Below are positions 47,805 to 60,170 of a DNA stretch of 64,000 bases, in pieces (position 1 is the first letter of the stretch; each line of letters opens with the position of its first letter). Under the pieces are notes generated by a model, which was not told where the DNA came from, made no database searches, and saw nothing but the letters and a program-made list of their open reading frames with translations. The translations under genes were made by a program, and so were the position numbers. The stretch is from Hemiscyllium ocellatum (taxonomy: Eukaryota), in the NCBI RefSeq assembly GCF_020745735.1, contig NC_083402.1, positions 80,738,004 through 80,802,003 on the forward strand, read 5' to 3'.

Positions 47805-50500
47805 TCTTAGAATCATAGAGTCATACAGATGTGCAGCACGGAAACAGACACTTCAGTCCAACTCGTCCATGCCGATCAGTTATCTCAACCCAATCCAGTC
47901 ACACCTGCCAGCACCTGGCCCATATCCCTCCAAACACTTTCTATTCATATACCCATGCAGATGCCTTTGAAATGTTGCAATTACACTAGCCTCCACCACT
48001 TACTCTGGCAGTTCATTCCATGCACATAACCACCCTCTGCATGAAAACGTTGCCCCTTAGGTCTCGTTTATATCTTTCCCCTCTCACCGTAAACCCATGC
48101 CCTCTAGTTCTGGACTTTCCTACCCTAGGGAAAAGACTGTCGATTTATCCTATCCATGGCCCGCATGATTTGGAGACCAGAATTGCACACAATATTCCAA
48201 CAGTGGCCTAACCAAAATCCTGTATACTCGCAACATGACCTCCCAACTCCTGTACTCAATACGCTGACCAATAAAGGAAAGCATACCAATTACTTTCTTC
48301 ACTATCCTATCTACCTGCGACTCCACTTTCACGGAGCTATGAACCTGCACTCCAAGGTCTCTTTGTTCAGCAACATTACCTAGGACCTTAACATTAAGTG
48401 TATAAGTCCTGCTAAGATTTGCTTTCCCAAAATGCAGCACCTCACATTTATCCAAATTAAACTCCATCTGCCACTCCTGAGCCCATAGGCCCATCTGAAT
48501 CTGATCAAGATTCCATTGTAATCCGAGGTAACCTTCTTCGTTGTTCACTACACCTCCAATTTTGGTGTAATCTGTAAACCTACTAACTATACCTCTTATG
48601 TTCACATCCAAATCATTTCTATAAATGATGAGAAGTAGAGGACCCAGCACCAATCCTTGTGGCAATCCATTGGTCACAGGCCTCCAGTCTGAAAAACAAC
48701 CTTTTACCACCATTCGATGGGACAACACTACTATTATAGGACAAGCCAAACAGAGAACAGCCAGGGAATTCCTAGAGGCATGGCACTCATCCACAGATTC
48801 AATCAATAAGCACATCGACCTGGACCCAATATACCGGTCACTGCAGCGGACAGCTGGAACTGATGACCGGAAGCGGCAGATAAAAATCATTATAAATGCT
48901 GGAAGAAACATCACAGAAGCGCTTCACAGGAGGCTCCCCAGGGGACGAAACGTCTGCAACACAAACTTCCTGCTCGGCGAACAGAACCACAACTTTTACC
49001 ACAACCTCTGAGCCAGTTCTTTACCCAAACAACTAGTTCTCCCTGTATTCCATGATTTCTAACCTTGCTAATCAGTCTCCCATGGGGAATCTTGTCGAAC
49101 GCCTTACTGAAGTCCATATAGATCACATTTACTGTTCTGTCCTCTTCAATCCTCTTTGATTTTTTTGAAGAAGTAACAATCAAGTTTGAGAGACATGATT
49201 TTCCACGCACAAAGCCATGTTGACTATCCCTAATCAGTCCATGCCTATCCGAAAACATGTACATCCTGTCCCTCAGGATTCCCTCCAACAAGTTGCCCAC
49301 CACTGACGTCAGGTTCACTGGTCTATAGTTCCCTAGCTTGTCCTTACCACCTTCCTTAAACAGTGGCACCATATTAGCCAACCACCAGTCTTCCAGCACC
49401 TCACCTATCAATGATACACATATCTCAGTAAGAGGCTGAGCAATTATTTACCTAGCTACCTACAGAAATCTAGGCTACACCTGATCAGGTCATGGGGATT
49501 TATCTATCTTTATGTGTTTCATGATATACAACACTTCCTCCCCTGTATTATAGACATTTTACAAGTTGTCTATTTCCCTACATTCTATATCTTCCATGTC
49601 CTTTTCCACAGTAAACACTGATGCAAAATATTCGTTTAGTATCTTCCCCATCTTCTGCTGCTCCACAGAAAGGCCTCCTTGCTGATCTTTGAGGGGCCCT
49701 ATTTTCTCCCTAGTCACCCGTTTGTCCTGAATGCATTTGTAAAAACCCTCTGGATTCTCCTTAACTCTACTTGGCAAAGCTATCTAATGTCTCCTTTTTG
49801 CCCTCCTGATTTCTCTCTTAAGTATACTCCTACTGCCTTTATACTCTTCTAAGGATTCTCTCGATCTATCCTGCCTATACCTGACATATGCTTCCTTCTT
49901 TTTCTTAACCAACCCTCAATTTCTTTAGTCATCCAGCACTCCTAATACCTACCAGCCTTGCCTTTCACCCTAACAGGAATATCCTTTCTCGAGATTCTCG
50001 GTATCTCATTTCTGAAGGCTTCCCATTTTCCACCCATCCCTTTACCTGCGAACATCCGCCCCCAATCAGCTTTTGAAAGTCCTTGCCGTCAAAATTGGCC
50101 TTTCTCCAATTTAAAACTTCAACTTTTAGATCTGATTTATCCTTTTCCATCACTATTTTAAAACTTATGGATTTATGGTCACTCCTGCACTCCATGGTCT
50201 CTTTGTTCAGCAACACTCCCTCGGACCTTACCATTAAGTGTGTACATCCTGCTAACATTTGCTTTCCAATAATTCTCTCTCTCTCCTGCACTGACCTCAC
50301 TATATGCTTCCTTGTATGTTCTCTCTTTTAAAAGTCCTGCTGTTGCTGTTGCTGTTGCAAAACAATGCAACAGCATACAAAATGCTGCTCCTGGAATTCC
50401 AGGAAATCACCTCCAACACCTAAAATACCTCAAAAAAGGAGCAGCTGTTACAGACAGAAATTTTTCCCGTTCTCCATCTTGAATTACCCAGAATCCTTCT
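47805..50500 (-). mobile_element. CR1-type LINE with internal deletions and probable 5' UTR
   Basis: ORFs 48150..48914, 48911..49411, 49559..49777 and 49965..50300 give RT, tether and endonuclease SDH fragments. Confidence 0.88.
48711..48993 (+). mobile_element. PLE family 3 3' fragment inserted in the CR1
   Basis: WDNTTIIGQAKQRTAREFLEAWHSSTDSINKHIDLDPIY (GIY-YIG C-terminus); GACGAAACGTC half-hammerhead; flanking acaac(c)ttttaccac repeat at 48696-48710 and 48989-49002. Confidence 0.8.
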
Positions 50501-51049
50501 CTTGACCCGGAGCACATGTCAAGAAATTTTTATACATCTTGTGATACAATAGGTCAGTGATGAGATTATTGTCTTTGTAAATGGTTTGTTTATAGCAATC
50601 GGTACAGAATTATTGATAGTTTCGATACAGTCATTGTCAGTTTCAGGGTAGACAATGTCAGTTTCAATGTCTGCACGGAATTCCATTGCTGTAGTAATGG
50701 GTGTTAATTGCTCTTCCTAAGAAGGATGATTACTGCAGCCCTGGCCATTAACATTTCATATTGAGTCTGTATCAAGTTGTTAGCATTTCTATAAGAGGCG
50801 CTGGCTGGAGCCAAACACTTTGGCAGGCAGTGTTCTCTCCTCCACTAGTCTTAAAATAATCAAGTGCATTGTGCTGGCATTCTGATGGCCTCAGGCAGTG
50901 TCTGTATCTGCTCTGTTGTTTCTCTTCATGCTGTGAACCAGCAGCCATCTTATGTGTCAAGTTGGCCGACTGATGGCTCAGAGGTCATCTTGTGTGTCTG
51001 TGTGCCTAGTGTCATCCTGCCCCGTGCCATCTCCCTCTTCACTAATAAC

Positions 51050-52590
51050 CTCTAGGGTGTTGATATTGGGGGACGAATGATGCTGATCATTATACAAACA
51101 CCAATTGAGGGAGGGAATCTTTAAAAATGGTTGGGTCGAGGACACGAATAATGAATACCTGTGGAGGTATGCCGGAACTTAGATGACTGATCACAAACAT
51201 ATTTTTTTTCTGCCAGTTATGACTCCAACTAGTTAAAGAATTTACCGTCTCCCAATACTCATTGACTTCATTTTTGCCAGGGCTCCTCCGTGTCATAATC
51301 GGTCAAATGCAACCTTGATATCAAGAGCAGTCACTCTCACCTCACCTCCAAAATTCTATATGTGAAATATATAGGAGGTCATAAGGAGGTCAGAAGCAGA
51401 GTGGTTTTGGCAGGACACAAAATCAGCATCAGTCAGCTGGTTATTGCTAAGCAAGTGTTGCTTATTGACACTTTCTATTATTTTACTGGTGATCAAGAGT
51501 CAACTAATGGAGCACTAATTAGATGGGTTGGATTTGTCCTGGCTTTTGTGTACAAGATTTGGCTGGGCAATCATTCACTTGTTGTGTACATATATATCAA
51601 TGTTGGAGAAGAACTGGAGCAGCTTGGCTAGGAGTGTGGCAAGTTCTGGAACACTTCAATGTCTTCAATACAGTTGCTGGAATGTTGTCAGAATCCACAG
51701 CTTTTGCAGTAGCCAGTGTCTACAACTGTTTCTTGATATCACATGGAGTGAGCTGAATTGGCCAAAGGCTGGCAACTATGATACTATGGACCTCTACAAG
51801 AGGCAAAGATTGATCATCCAGTTGGGCTGCTGGCTGAAGACTGTCGTGCATTCTTCAACCTCATCGTTTGCTGGCTGCCCCCAACATTGAGGATGGAACA
51901 TTTTATGCAGGCTCCTTCTCCAGTGATTGTTTAATTGTCCACCAGCTTTTACAACTGGATGTAACAGGACAATGGAGCTCAAATCTGATGCCCTGGTTGT
52001 GGGATTGCTGAGTACTATTACTTGCTGCTTATGTTGTTTGGTGCACAAGTCATCTGATTTTGTAGCTTCACCAGGGTGACACCTCAATTTTAGACATGCC
52101 CTCCTGCATTCTTCACTGAACCAGGCTTGACAATAATGCTAGAGTATGGGATATGCTGGGCCATGAGGTTCAGAATGTGTTGGATTCTGATTCTCTTGCT
52201 GTTGATGGCCTATGACATTTTATGAAAGCTAGACCTGTTCAAAGTCTATTCCATTTAGTGCAATGAAAGTGCGACACAACTCAATATAAGGAATTCTCAA
52301 ATTGAAGGCAGGACATGGTCTCCAGAAGGACTATGCAGTGGTCACATTTAGCAATAATATAATGGACAAATGCATTTGTGGCAGACAGATTAGTGAGGAT
52401 AAGGTCAAGTACATCTTGCTTTCCAGTTGATTCTCTCACCACCTGCTGCAGTCCTAATCCAGCAGCAATGTACTTTAGCACTCAAACAGCTCAAGTAGTA
52501 GCGCTGCTGCTGAGCAACTCTGGATGGTGGACACTGAAACATCCCATCCGGAATTCGTTCTGTAGACTTGCCATCCTCAGTGCCCCTAAG
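51050..52590 (-). mobile_element. Old non-LTR retrotransposon ORF2 (CR1/L2 group), endonuclease and RT remnants
   Basis: LQQVVREST...LDLILTN...CDHCIV (ORF 52281..52481); EVRVTALDIKVAFDR near 51300. Confidence 0.7.
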
Positions 52591-53029
52591 TGACATTCTG
52601 CTTCCAGTAAGATAGCGGTAGAATAAAAAGCTCAGCCGGAGCTCGCCCACTCTGCCCATTCTTTGCCTTTTTTTTATCTTCCTCTTTGCTTCCCTTCTGT
52701 TCTGTCTTCTTGGACTTAAGACACCCAGCCCTGGCCTCCATCTCCGAACCGACGTTGGTGATACAAAGCAGGGACTGCAGTGACAAATGGCCTGAAGTGG
52801 AGTCGCCAGTGGCACTAAGCGAAGTAGGGGCAACAGCCCCGGTGTGGGAGCTGGGGCACCAGCCAAGTGCAGACCATGACAGCAACCAGGGGTCAGACCA
52901 TTTGGAAGCCTCTGTACAGGTCTACTCCTCTTAGAGATAGTCTTGTCTTTTTAACTTTGCTTCTTGTTTTTATGATTATACTGTGTACAGCTGTAATATA
53001 ACTTTTATTTTTGTAATTTCTCAATTAGA

Positions 53030-54960
53030 GAGTCATACAGATATACAACATGGAAACAGACCCATTGGTTCAATTCGTTCATGTCAATGAGATGTCCTGA
53101 ATAAATCTATTTCCATTTGCCAGCAGTTGGCCATATCCATCTAAACCCTTCCTATTCATATATCCATCCAGATGCCTTTTAAATGTTCTAATTGTCCCAG
53201 CCTCCTCCATTTCCTCTGCCAGCTCATTCCATACATGCAAAACTTGACCCTTATGCCTCTTTTAAATCTTCCCCCTCTTACCTTAAACCCACCACCTCTA
53301 ATTTTCGACCCCCCCAGGGAAAGGAACTTGTCTATTTACCCAATCCATGCCCACTCATGATTTTATAAACCTCTATAAGGTCATCCCTCAGCCTCCAAAA
53401 CTCCAGGAAAAATAGCCCCAGCCTATTCAGCCTCTATCTTTAGCTCAAACCCTCCAACGCCGGCAACATCCTTGTAAATCTTTTCTGAACGCTTTTGTAA
53501 CAGGGAGACCAGGATTGCAAGCAGTATTCCAACTGTGGCCTAACCAACGTCCTGTACAGCTGCAATATGACATCCCAAGTTCTGATATTCAATGCAATAA
53601 AGGTATGCATACCAAACGCCTTCCTCACTATCCTACCTAGCTGCGACTCCAGTTTCAAGGAACGATATACCTGTACTCCAAGGTTTCTTTGCATCCACCC
53701 GAGCAACTCGAACAAATCTACCTGCCAGTATATTAGTCCCCTTCCAATTTAGGTGCAAACCGTCCTTCTTGTACAGGTCACTTCTACCCCATAAGAGATT
53801 CCAATGATCCAAAAATGTGAATCCTTCTCCCATACACCAGCTCCTCAGCCATGCATTCATCTGCTCTATCTTCCTATTCCTGCCCTTACTAGCTCATAGC
53901 ACCGGGAGTAATCCAGATATTACTACTCTCAAGGATTGCCTTCTTAAATTCCTGCCTAACTCTCTATAATCTCTCTTCAGCACCTCAACCCCTTCCCTTC
54001 CTATGTCGTTGGTTTCAATGTGGACAATGATCTTTTGCTGGCCCCTTTCCCCATGGGTACATTCTGCACCCTCTCTGAGACATCCTTGATCCTGGCACCA
54101 GGGAAACAATACACCATTCTGATTTTTCGCTGCTGGCCATAGAAACATTTGTCTGTACCTCTGACTAGAGAATCCCCTAACACAATTGATCTCTGGGAAC
54201 CTGACGTACCCCTCATTGCTTTAGAGCCAGTCTCAATACCACAAACTTGGCTGTTTGTGCTACGTTCCCCTGAGAATCCATTACCCCCTACATTTTCCAA
54301 AACAGCATACTTGTTTGAAATGGGTATAGCCACAGAAAGCTCCTGCACTAGTTACCTACTTCTCTTACCTTTCCTGGAGTTAACCCATCTATTTGACTGT
54401 ATCTGAGACTTTCTCACCTTCCTATAACTGTCATCCATCACATCCTGTTGCTGTTGCAAACTCCTTATTCTAATTGCCTCTCCAATCAATCCATTCAATC
54501 TGATTAGATTCACAACAAACATCATTCATTGCAGATATAATCCACAGTAACCCTTAAACTGTCTTTAAACTCCCACATCTGACAGGAAGCGCATATCACT
54601 CTACTAAAGGCCATTTTTGCTCCTTCACAATCTACAAACCCAGAAAATAACACCATCTTATTCCGCTACAAAACACTGCCCCAGGTTAAATTAATAGTTA
54701 CAGCTTGTATTTAAGTTTAATCAAGAGACAGATCTCAAAAATATATAATCAAGAAAGAACCCACTCTACTCTCCACGGTAGACTTTCTGTAGGTCCCACT
54801 TTAAAAACAAAATACACTTATCTGCTTCTGTGCTGTGAACTTCACCCAAACAGTTCCTTCAAGATCAGTTGTGAATTTTACTGTGTTAATTTTCCCAGAC
54901 GCATTCCAATGTCCAACAATACACAAATTCAAACAGCAAAGGCAGTAATTGTGCAGATTC
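53030..54960 (-). mobile_element. Internally deleted CR1: 5' UTR and ORF1 SGNH esterase joined to the ORF2 3' end
   Basis: GDSLVRG, FPGARIKD, HIETNDIG, ISGLLPV, DGLHLN (ORFs 53633-54348) abut LGVQVYRSLK...LVRPQLEY (ORF 53440..53715) at about 53690. Confidence 0.85.
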
Positions 54961-55540
54961 CCCTGGAGGAACTTTTTTTTGAACTTCTGCCTAACCTCCG
55001 CCATTCTCTCCTCAGAATCTTGTATTTTTCCTTTCCTATGTCATTAGTTCCAATGTGTACAACAAACTCCTGCTGATCCCTCTCCCCTTTGAGAATATTC
55101 TGCATCCTTTCTGACATATCCTTGATCCTGGCTCCAGGGAAGCAACATACCATTCTGATGTCTCGCTGTCAGCCACAGAAATATCTGTCTGTGCCTCTTA
55201 CCAGACAGTCCCTTGTCACAATCAATCGCTTGGAACCTGGCAGAGCCCTCATTACATGAGAGCCAGTCTCAGTACCAGAAACCCGGCTGTTAGTGTCACA
55301 CTCCCCGAGAGTCGATCACTGCCTACCTTTTCTAAAGCAACATACTTTTTGGGAATAGCCACAGGACACACCTGCACTACCTGCCTCCATTCCCTACCTT
55401 TCCTGGAGGTAACCCATCTACCTGGCTGTAGTTTCAGTTTATGTCGCTCCCTGCAATTATCATATCCCCACCTCCTGTAAATTCCTCATTGCCTCTAACT
55501 GCCGGTCAAACACACTTCCTGCAGACCTAATCATCAGTAA
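54961..55540 (-). mobile_element. Second CR1 ORF1 esterase fragment
   Basis: ORF 54929..55153 CFPGARIKDMSER...VVHIGTNDIG. Confidence 0.8.
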
Positions 55541-56757
55541 ACTCTTCCAGAAAGTTGAACTAAAAATAGAAAATTCTAGAAATCCTGAGCAGGTCAGGCA
55601 GGATTTATTTGACATACTTTGTGCATTTACAAACATGCAATAAAAGAACTACTTTCCATGTTATTGTGTACCATCTTGGCTTGATTCCATCCAGCAATTT
55701 ACTACATTTTCAGATTAAACTGTCCTAAAACATGAACAATCCAACCCATGGGGACATTAGTTCTGACTTGTTTGAGGTGCAACTATCCAGCCTATACAGT
55801 ACCTCATCCCTGAAAACTGATCCATTAATCCTGTTACAAAACGTGTTCTCCTGCAAGATCTAATTAGCCAAACACGCATCTATTCTAACCTTTTATTTTT
55901 ATCCTCACTAGTGTGTGAATGAAGATAAATCAGGAAACTGCCATCTCTAATGTCTTGCTTAATTATTCTTTTTCCTTCCTCCCAAAGGTGAAGCTGCAGA
56001 AGTTCCATTCCACTTTCTGCTTATGTCATTGGTACGGAAATGAGAACTGTCAGCTGTTCAGCCTCCTCTTTCAAAATTCCCTATATTCCCAAATCTCATC
56101 TGCACCTGCAGAAAAGCATGTCAGTTCCCCTAACTACAAAATTCCCAATTACCATTGCTCTTCCAATTTTTCTCTTCTCCATGTCCAGCTCAGCCACTAA
56201 ATGGTGCCATGGGTCTGATTGTACTCTCGAAAGGAACCCTCTCGAACTGAATACTGGTTAGTGAGTAAATGTTTTTTGAGGACTACTACAACATCTGCTT
56301 GATCCTTTTCATCTGTATGGCTGTGTCCCATTACCGCTCTGCCTGCACATTTTTAATTTGCGACTAACTCCCAAAACGCTATCATGATGTCACGAATGCA
56401 CTGCAGTCGTCCCAACTACTTCTCAACCTATGAAAATTGAAACTTGGATGCCAACACTTCCTGAACATGGTTATCAAGGACTCATGAAATGTCCTGGATT
56501 TCCCACATTGTGCATAAGCATTCCATATGCTTAAAGCTGCCAATCTATGTATTAAGCTATAAACTTATAAACACATTGAAGACTGAAAGAAAAAAAACTC
56601 ACCATTTATTCAACAGCTTCTTTTTCTGTGCAATTTCATTTTGAAGTTCTATCTCTCTCCTTTATGTTTCTGCTATTTTAGTTCTTGACAAACTCTAAAA
56701 ATATGAAACACATAAATGTCTAGTATGCTGACAATTTATAAACCTGCCATAAAAATC

Positions 56758-56950
56758 TCAGAAACAAAAACGGAAGTTGCTGGAAAAGCTCAGCCAGTCG
56801 AGTAGTGTCTGTGACCTTTCCTCAGAACCGGATCCAAAAAGTTAACTTTAATTTCTCTTCACTGATACTGGTAGACCTGCTGAGCTTTTCTAGCAACTTC
56901 TGTTTTTGTTTCTGATTTACAACATTCACAATTCTTTTTGGTTTTTATTT
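56758..56950. mobile_element. Old fold-back PLE mini-insertion (tail on the right)
   Basis: tcagaaacaaaaacggaagttgctggaaaagctcagc is inverted at gctgagcttttctagcaacttctgtttttgtttctga; TSD cataaaaatctcag at 56748-56761 and 56951-56964. Confidence 0.75.
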
Positions 56951-59839
56951 CATAAAAATCTCAGGTTCTACTGCTTTTGTAGCATTTACATCGTGTTTTA
57001 ATATCTGCGATGTGTAATTTGCTTTTGCTATTATTTTCATATCTCTGCTCTGTTCCTGCTCCTTTGTGAGCAATACTTCAAAACGTACTGCACTGGCTAA
57101 AAGATCTTTGGGGTATCCAGAGGGTGTAAAGGGCACTGTTTAAATGCAAGTATTTCTTAACATTTTAAGATTTAATCTCTACTCCCGTTAAAATCATAAA
57201 CACTTAAAATTACATTAAATTGTTTAGGGGAAGATCTTACATAACTTCTTCAGGAATTGTTTAAATTTATTTATCTTTGACTGCTTTCCCATTGTCATCC
57301 CTTTATACTCAACTGCGAGAAAAGATTCTGAATACCACTCTCCTTTCTTTACCGTGAACCTTATTCTGAACAATGCTGTAACAGTTGAGCCATTGAGCAT
57401 CATGCAGAATCAGTGTTCCTTATCTCCAAGCAACAAAATGCCAAAATATGAATTTTAATCCTCAGTTGCAAAGAAGAGTCATGTTGACTTGAAATGTTGA
57501 CTTTGTGCCCTTCTCCACAGATCTGGGAATTTCTCCAGCACTTTCTACTATTGTTTCAGATCCCCAATATCTGCAATTCTTTGATTTTGTTTGCTAATTT
57601 ATTCACTTTGACCAGATGTATTGTACAAAAAGCAGAGAGAACAGAGGACCACTCACCTTCAACATCACAACAGAGTTAAACGTCTGAACAGTCACTTGAA
57701 GGAGATCAGAATTCAATCTCACTCAGTTTTAAATTAATTCATGAAGTGAGACATTATAAATGTATAGCTCCTAATTCAACAACCCATCAACTTGTATGCA
57801 TAAGTAACTACAAATTAGATTAGCAAATCTGACATCAGCACACAAGTCTCCTTTATTACAGAGGGCATGTAAATTAGAAGCTTGCCCATCATTATTAAAT
57901 AACCAATTAATAAACTGCTGAGCCAGTCAGAGTCAACTGTAAGCATTTTCTCACTGCTCACTTCATTCATTGGTCATTAGACTGGAAAATGTTTGGGAAT
58001 GCTTTATACCCGGTAAATTGATGCAGCTCAAAGATGGAAGAAATGGCTGAGCACCAAAATCGCGGTTGTGTGTAACAGCAGAATCTGCTGGAGGTGCCAA
58101 CGTCTGTGTATTTTAAAGTTCATTTTATCATTATTTTGAACTAGCTATGAGAAATAAATTAACCCTAAGAAAGAAAAGAGGGATTGAAAGGCCTTTCTAT
58201 ATATGACCTACTTCCCGTTCATGATATAACCTCCCTCCCACCTGACATCCTGTTTTCAAAGTCTTTTAACATCCCTTAATGTTTTCTTAGCTTGCCAAGA
58301 GCAAAACTTCCAATTTTCTATCACCAAAAATATGGAAAACCAGTTGTATATGAATAATGAAGAAAATTAGCATGAGATATGTCTCAAAAATAATTTAATG
58401 TTCTTGTATCACCCAAGGATGAAAATCTAAGTGTGCATTTCTCAAAATTTAATCATTTTGATATTTTATTTAGCCTTGAAATATCTTTGACAGTAGCATG
58501 CCTCATCATTGTACTTATCAAATACATCAAAATGAACATTTTGCCTTCTTTGACTGCAGAGCTAATCAAGCTTCACAAATGCTTTATTTCTCTTGTAGCT
58601 GTGACATCCTCCTTCTGTCATCACCTGGTATGATTAACTGGGATAAGACTAACACTCCTTCAACAAAAGAGCTGCTTTAAAGTTATGTAAAAAAAAACAC
58701 ATTTCATGAGGACTGGTTTAATGAAAGTTGGCTTTCTTCAATTCAAATGTTTTAGTGGTATCAAAGTATTCAAGTAATTTTGTGATGCATGTTGATGAAC
58801 TTCTTTCAGATTAGAGATATATTATTAATAAGGTGAAAATCAAATTTAAGATTGAATTCAGGCTTCTGGGGCTTTTGAATAGATTTACTTAAACATTAAG
58901 TGGTATAAATTATTCACAATTAACACCAGATTGTGGCTCACTCGTGGTCAGCACTCTTGCGTGGGGAACAAGAGTATATCCACGACAACCATTCTAACAT
59001 ATCAAATTGTGGGATATAGCTGTAGCTTACTAAAAACCCACCTACTTACCAAGGTAAATTGAATATACTTCCTCATAAATTGATTCCAATGTGGATTGTT
59101 CCATTCTTTTGCTGGCATACCTGTTCAGTAACTGCTACTAGTGCTTCAGATAGAGCTTTATTTTTTTCCTCCATTGAGGATTTTTTTCTGCAAAGCTAGT
59201 GTCAGGGCTCCCAACCTTGTTTGTCTCATTACGTACACTTCTGCCCTCACCACGTCCCCATCTCAGAAACCTCGAGTTCTTGTTTTGAACTCCACTCCAC
59301 TCCACTGGTATTCCACATTGATTAGGTCAGCCGTTGCCATAGTTAATCAATATGCTAAGATGCCACTGAACACACGGTCCATTCTCCTCCAGTACTGTGA
59401 AGAGCTCTTTCACTGTCTGTTGGCCTGGTTCACGCTGTAAACCCATCCTTACTGCCCACGCTAACTTCCACGAAATACAACGCCTGCATTTCAACTCGCT
59501 CCTTCTATCACCCAGAGCGTCAGAACCACATCCTTGAAGCTAAACAACGAGTTACTTTCACGTCTTTCAGTTAATAGACTACATTGCTCTTCTCCTCATA
59601 CTCTGTGTTTTATGGGATCAGTGTAAGTTCGAGAACAATTCACTGTGGGAAAGGTGACTCCTCTCCAGGCAACTGGTGATCGGCCTCGACAGCAGGAGCT
59701 CTAATACCCCCAGCTCCCCAACCCAAACTCTATAATACAAACATGGGAATACTCAGCAGATCACGGAAAGGTTCAAAACAAAATAAAAATCCGTTATTTT
59801 TTCAGGTCATTGACTTTTCTTCAGCGGCCAACCATTTAC

Positions 59840-59880
59840 CTCTTTCATCTAAATCTCCCATAGCGCCGGTGACGTCAACT
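59840..59880 (-). other. NMRK1: Candidate NMRK1 first exon (3' boundary at donor AAAGAG|gtaaat, 59840)
   Basis: First good minus-strand donor next to the CpG promoter shared with OSTF1; transcription start not determinable from sequence. Confidence 0.5.
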
Positions 59881-60170
59881 CACACCCTACGCACGACGGG
59901 GAACGTGGGATGCGTTTGGTGACATCATATTACACGACGTGAAAGGCGGGACGCGTCTCGTCACGTTAACAGCACGTTGCAAGGGTGGGGATTCCGCTCG
60001 TGACGTCATTCCGCTCGGCGTAATGGGCGGGGCGCCTATGCCCTTACTTCCTGGTTCCACCCCGTGTTTGAGACTTCCTCAATCCGGTGTAGTGTTTGAG
60101 GAGATCTTATGGTAGGAGTGACCTTAGACTTTGTTTCAGTCGAAAAACTTACACATTAATTGCCGCAATA
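59860..60170. promoter_or_regulatory. Bidirectional CpG promoter NMRK1/OSTF1 with CRE, GC-box and ETS motifs
   Basis: TGACGTCA at 59870-59877 and 60001-60008; TGACATCA at 59920-59927; GGGCGGGG at 60025-60032; ACTTCCTG at 60046-60053; high CpG density between divergent genes. Confidence 0.8.

Noticed and set aside
52590-53025. GC-rich patch with several ORFs as a possible gene or promoter
   Set aside because: Peptides are unrecognisable, there are no convincing splice sites, and it lies between LINE fragments; probably an unclassified repeat.
59050-59190. Extra NMRK1 5' UTR exon suggested by a minus-strand TTG|gtaagt donor at 59050
   Set aside because: Good donor but ambiguous acceptor and no other support; if real it would alter the uORF and extension predictions.
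59795-59825. Hammerhead remnant CUGAAGA...GAAA just inside NMRK1 intron 1 as a functional ribozyme
   Set aside because: Stem III palindrome and cleavage triplet are lost; it is an old PLE relic.
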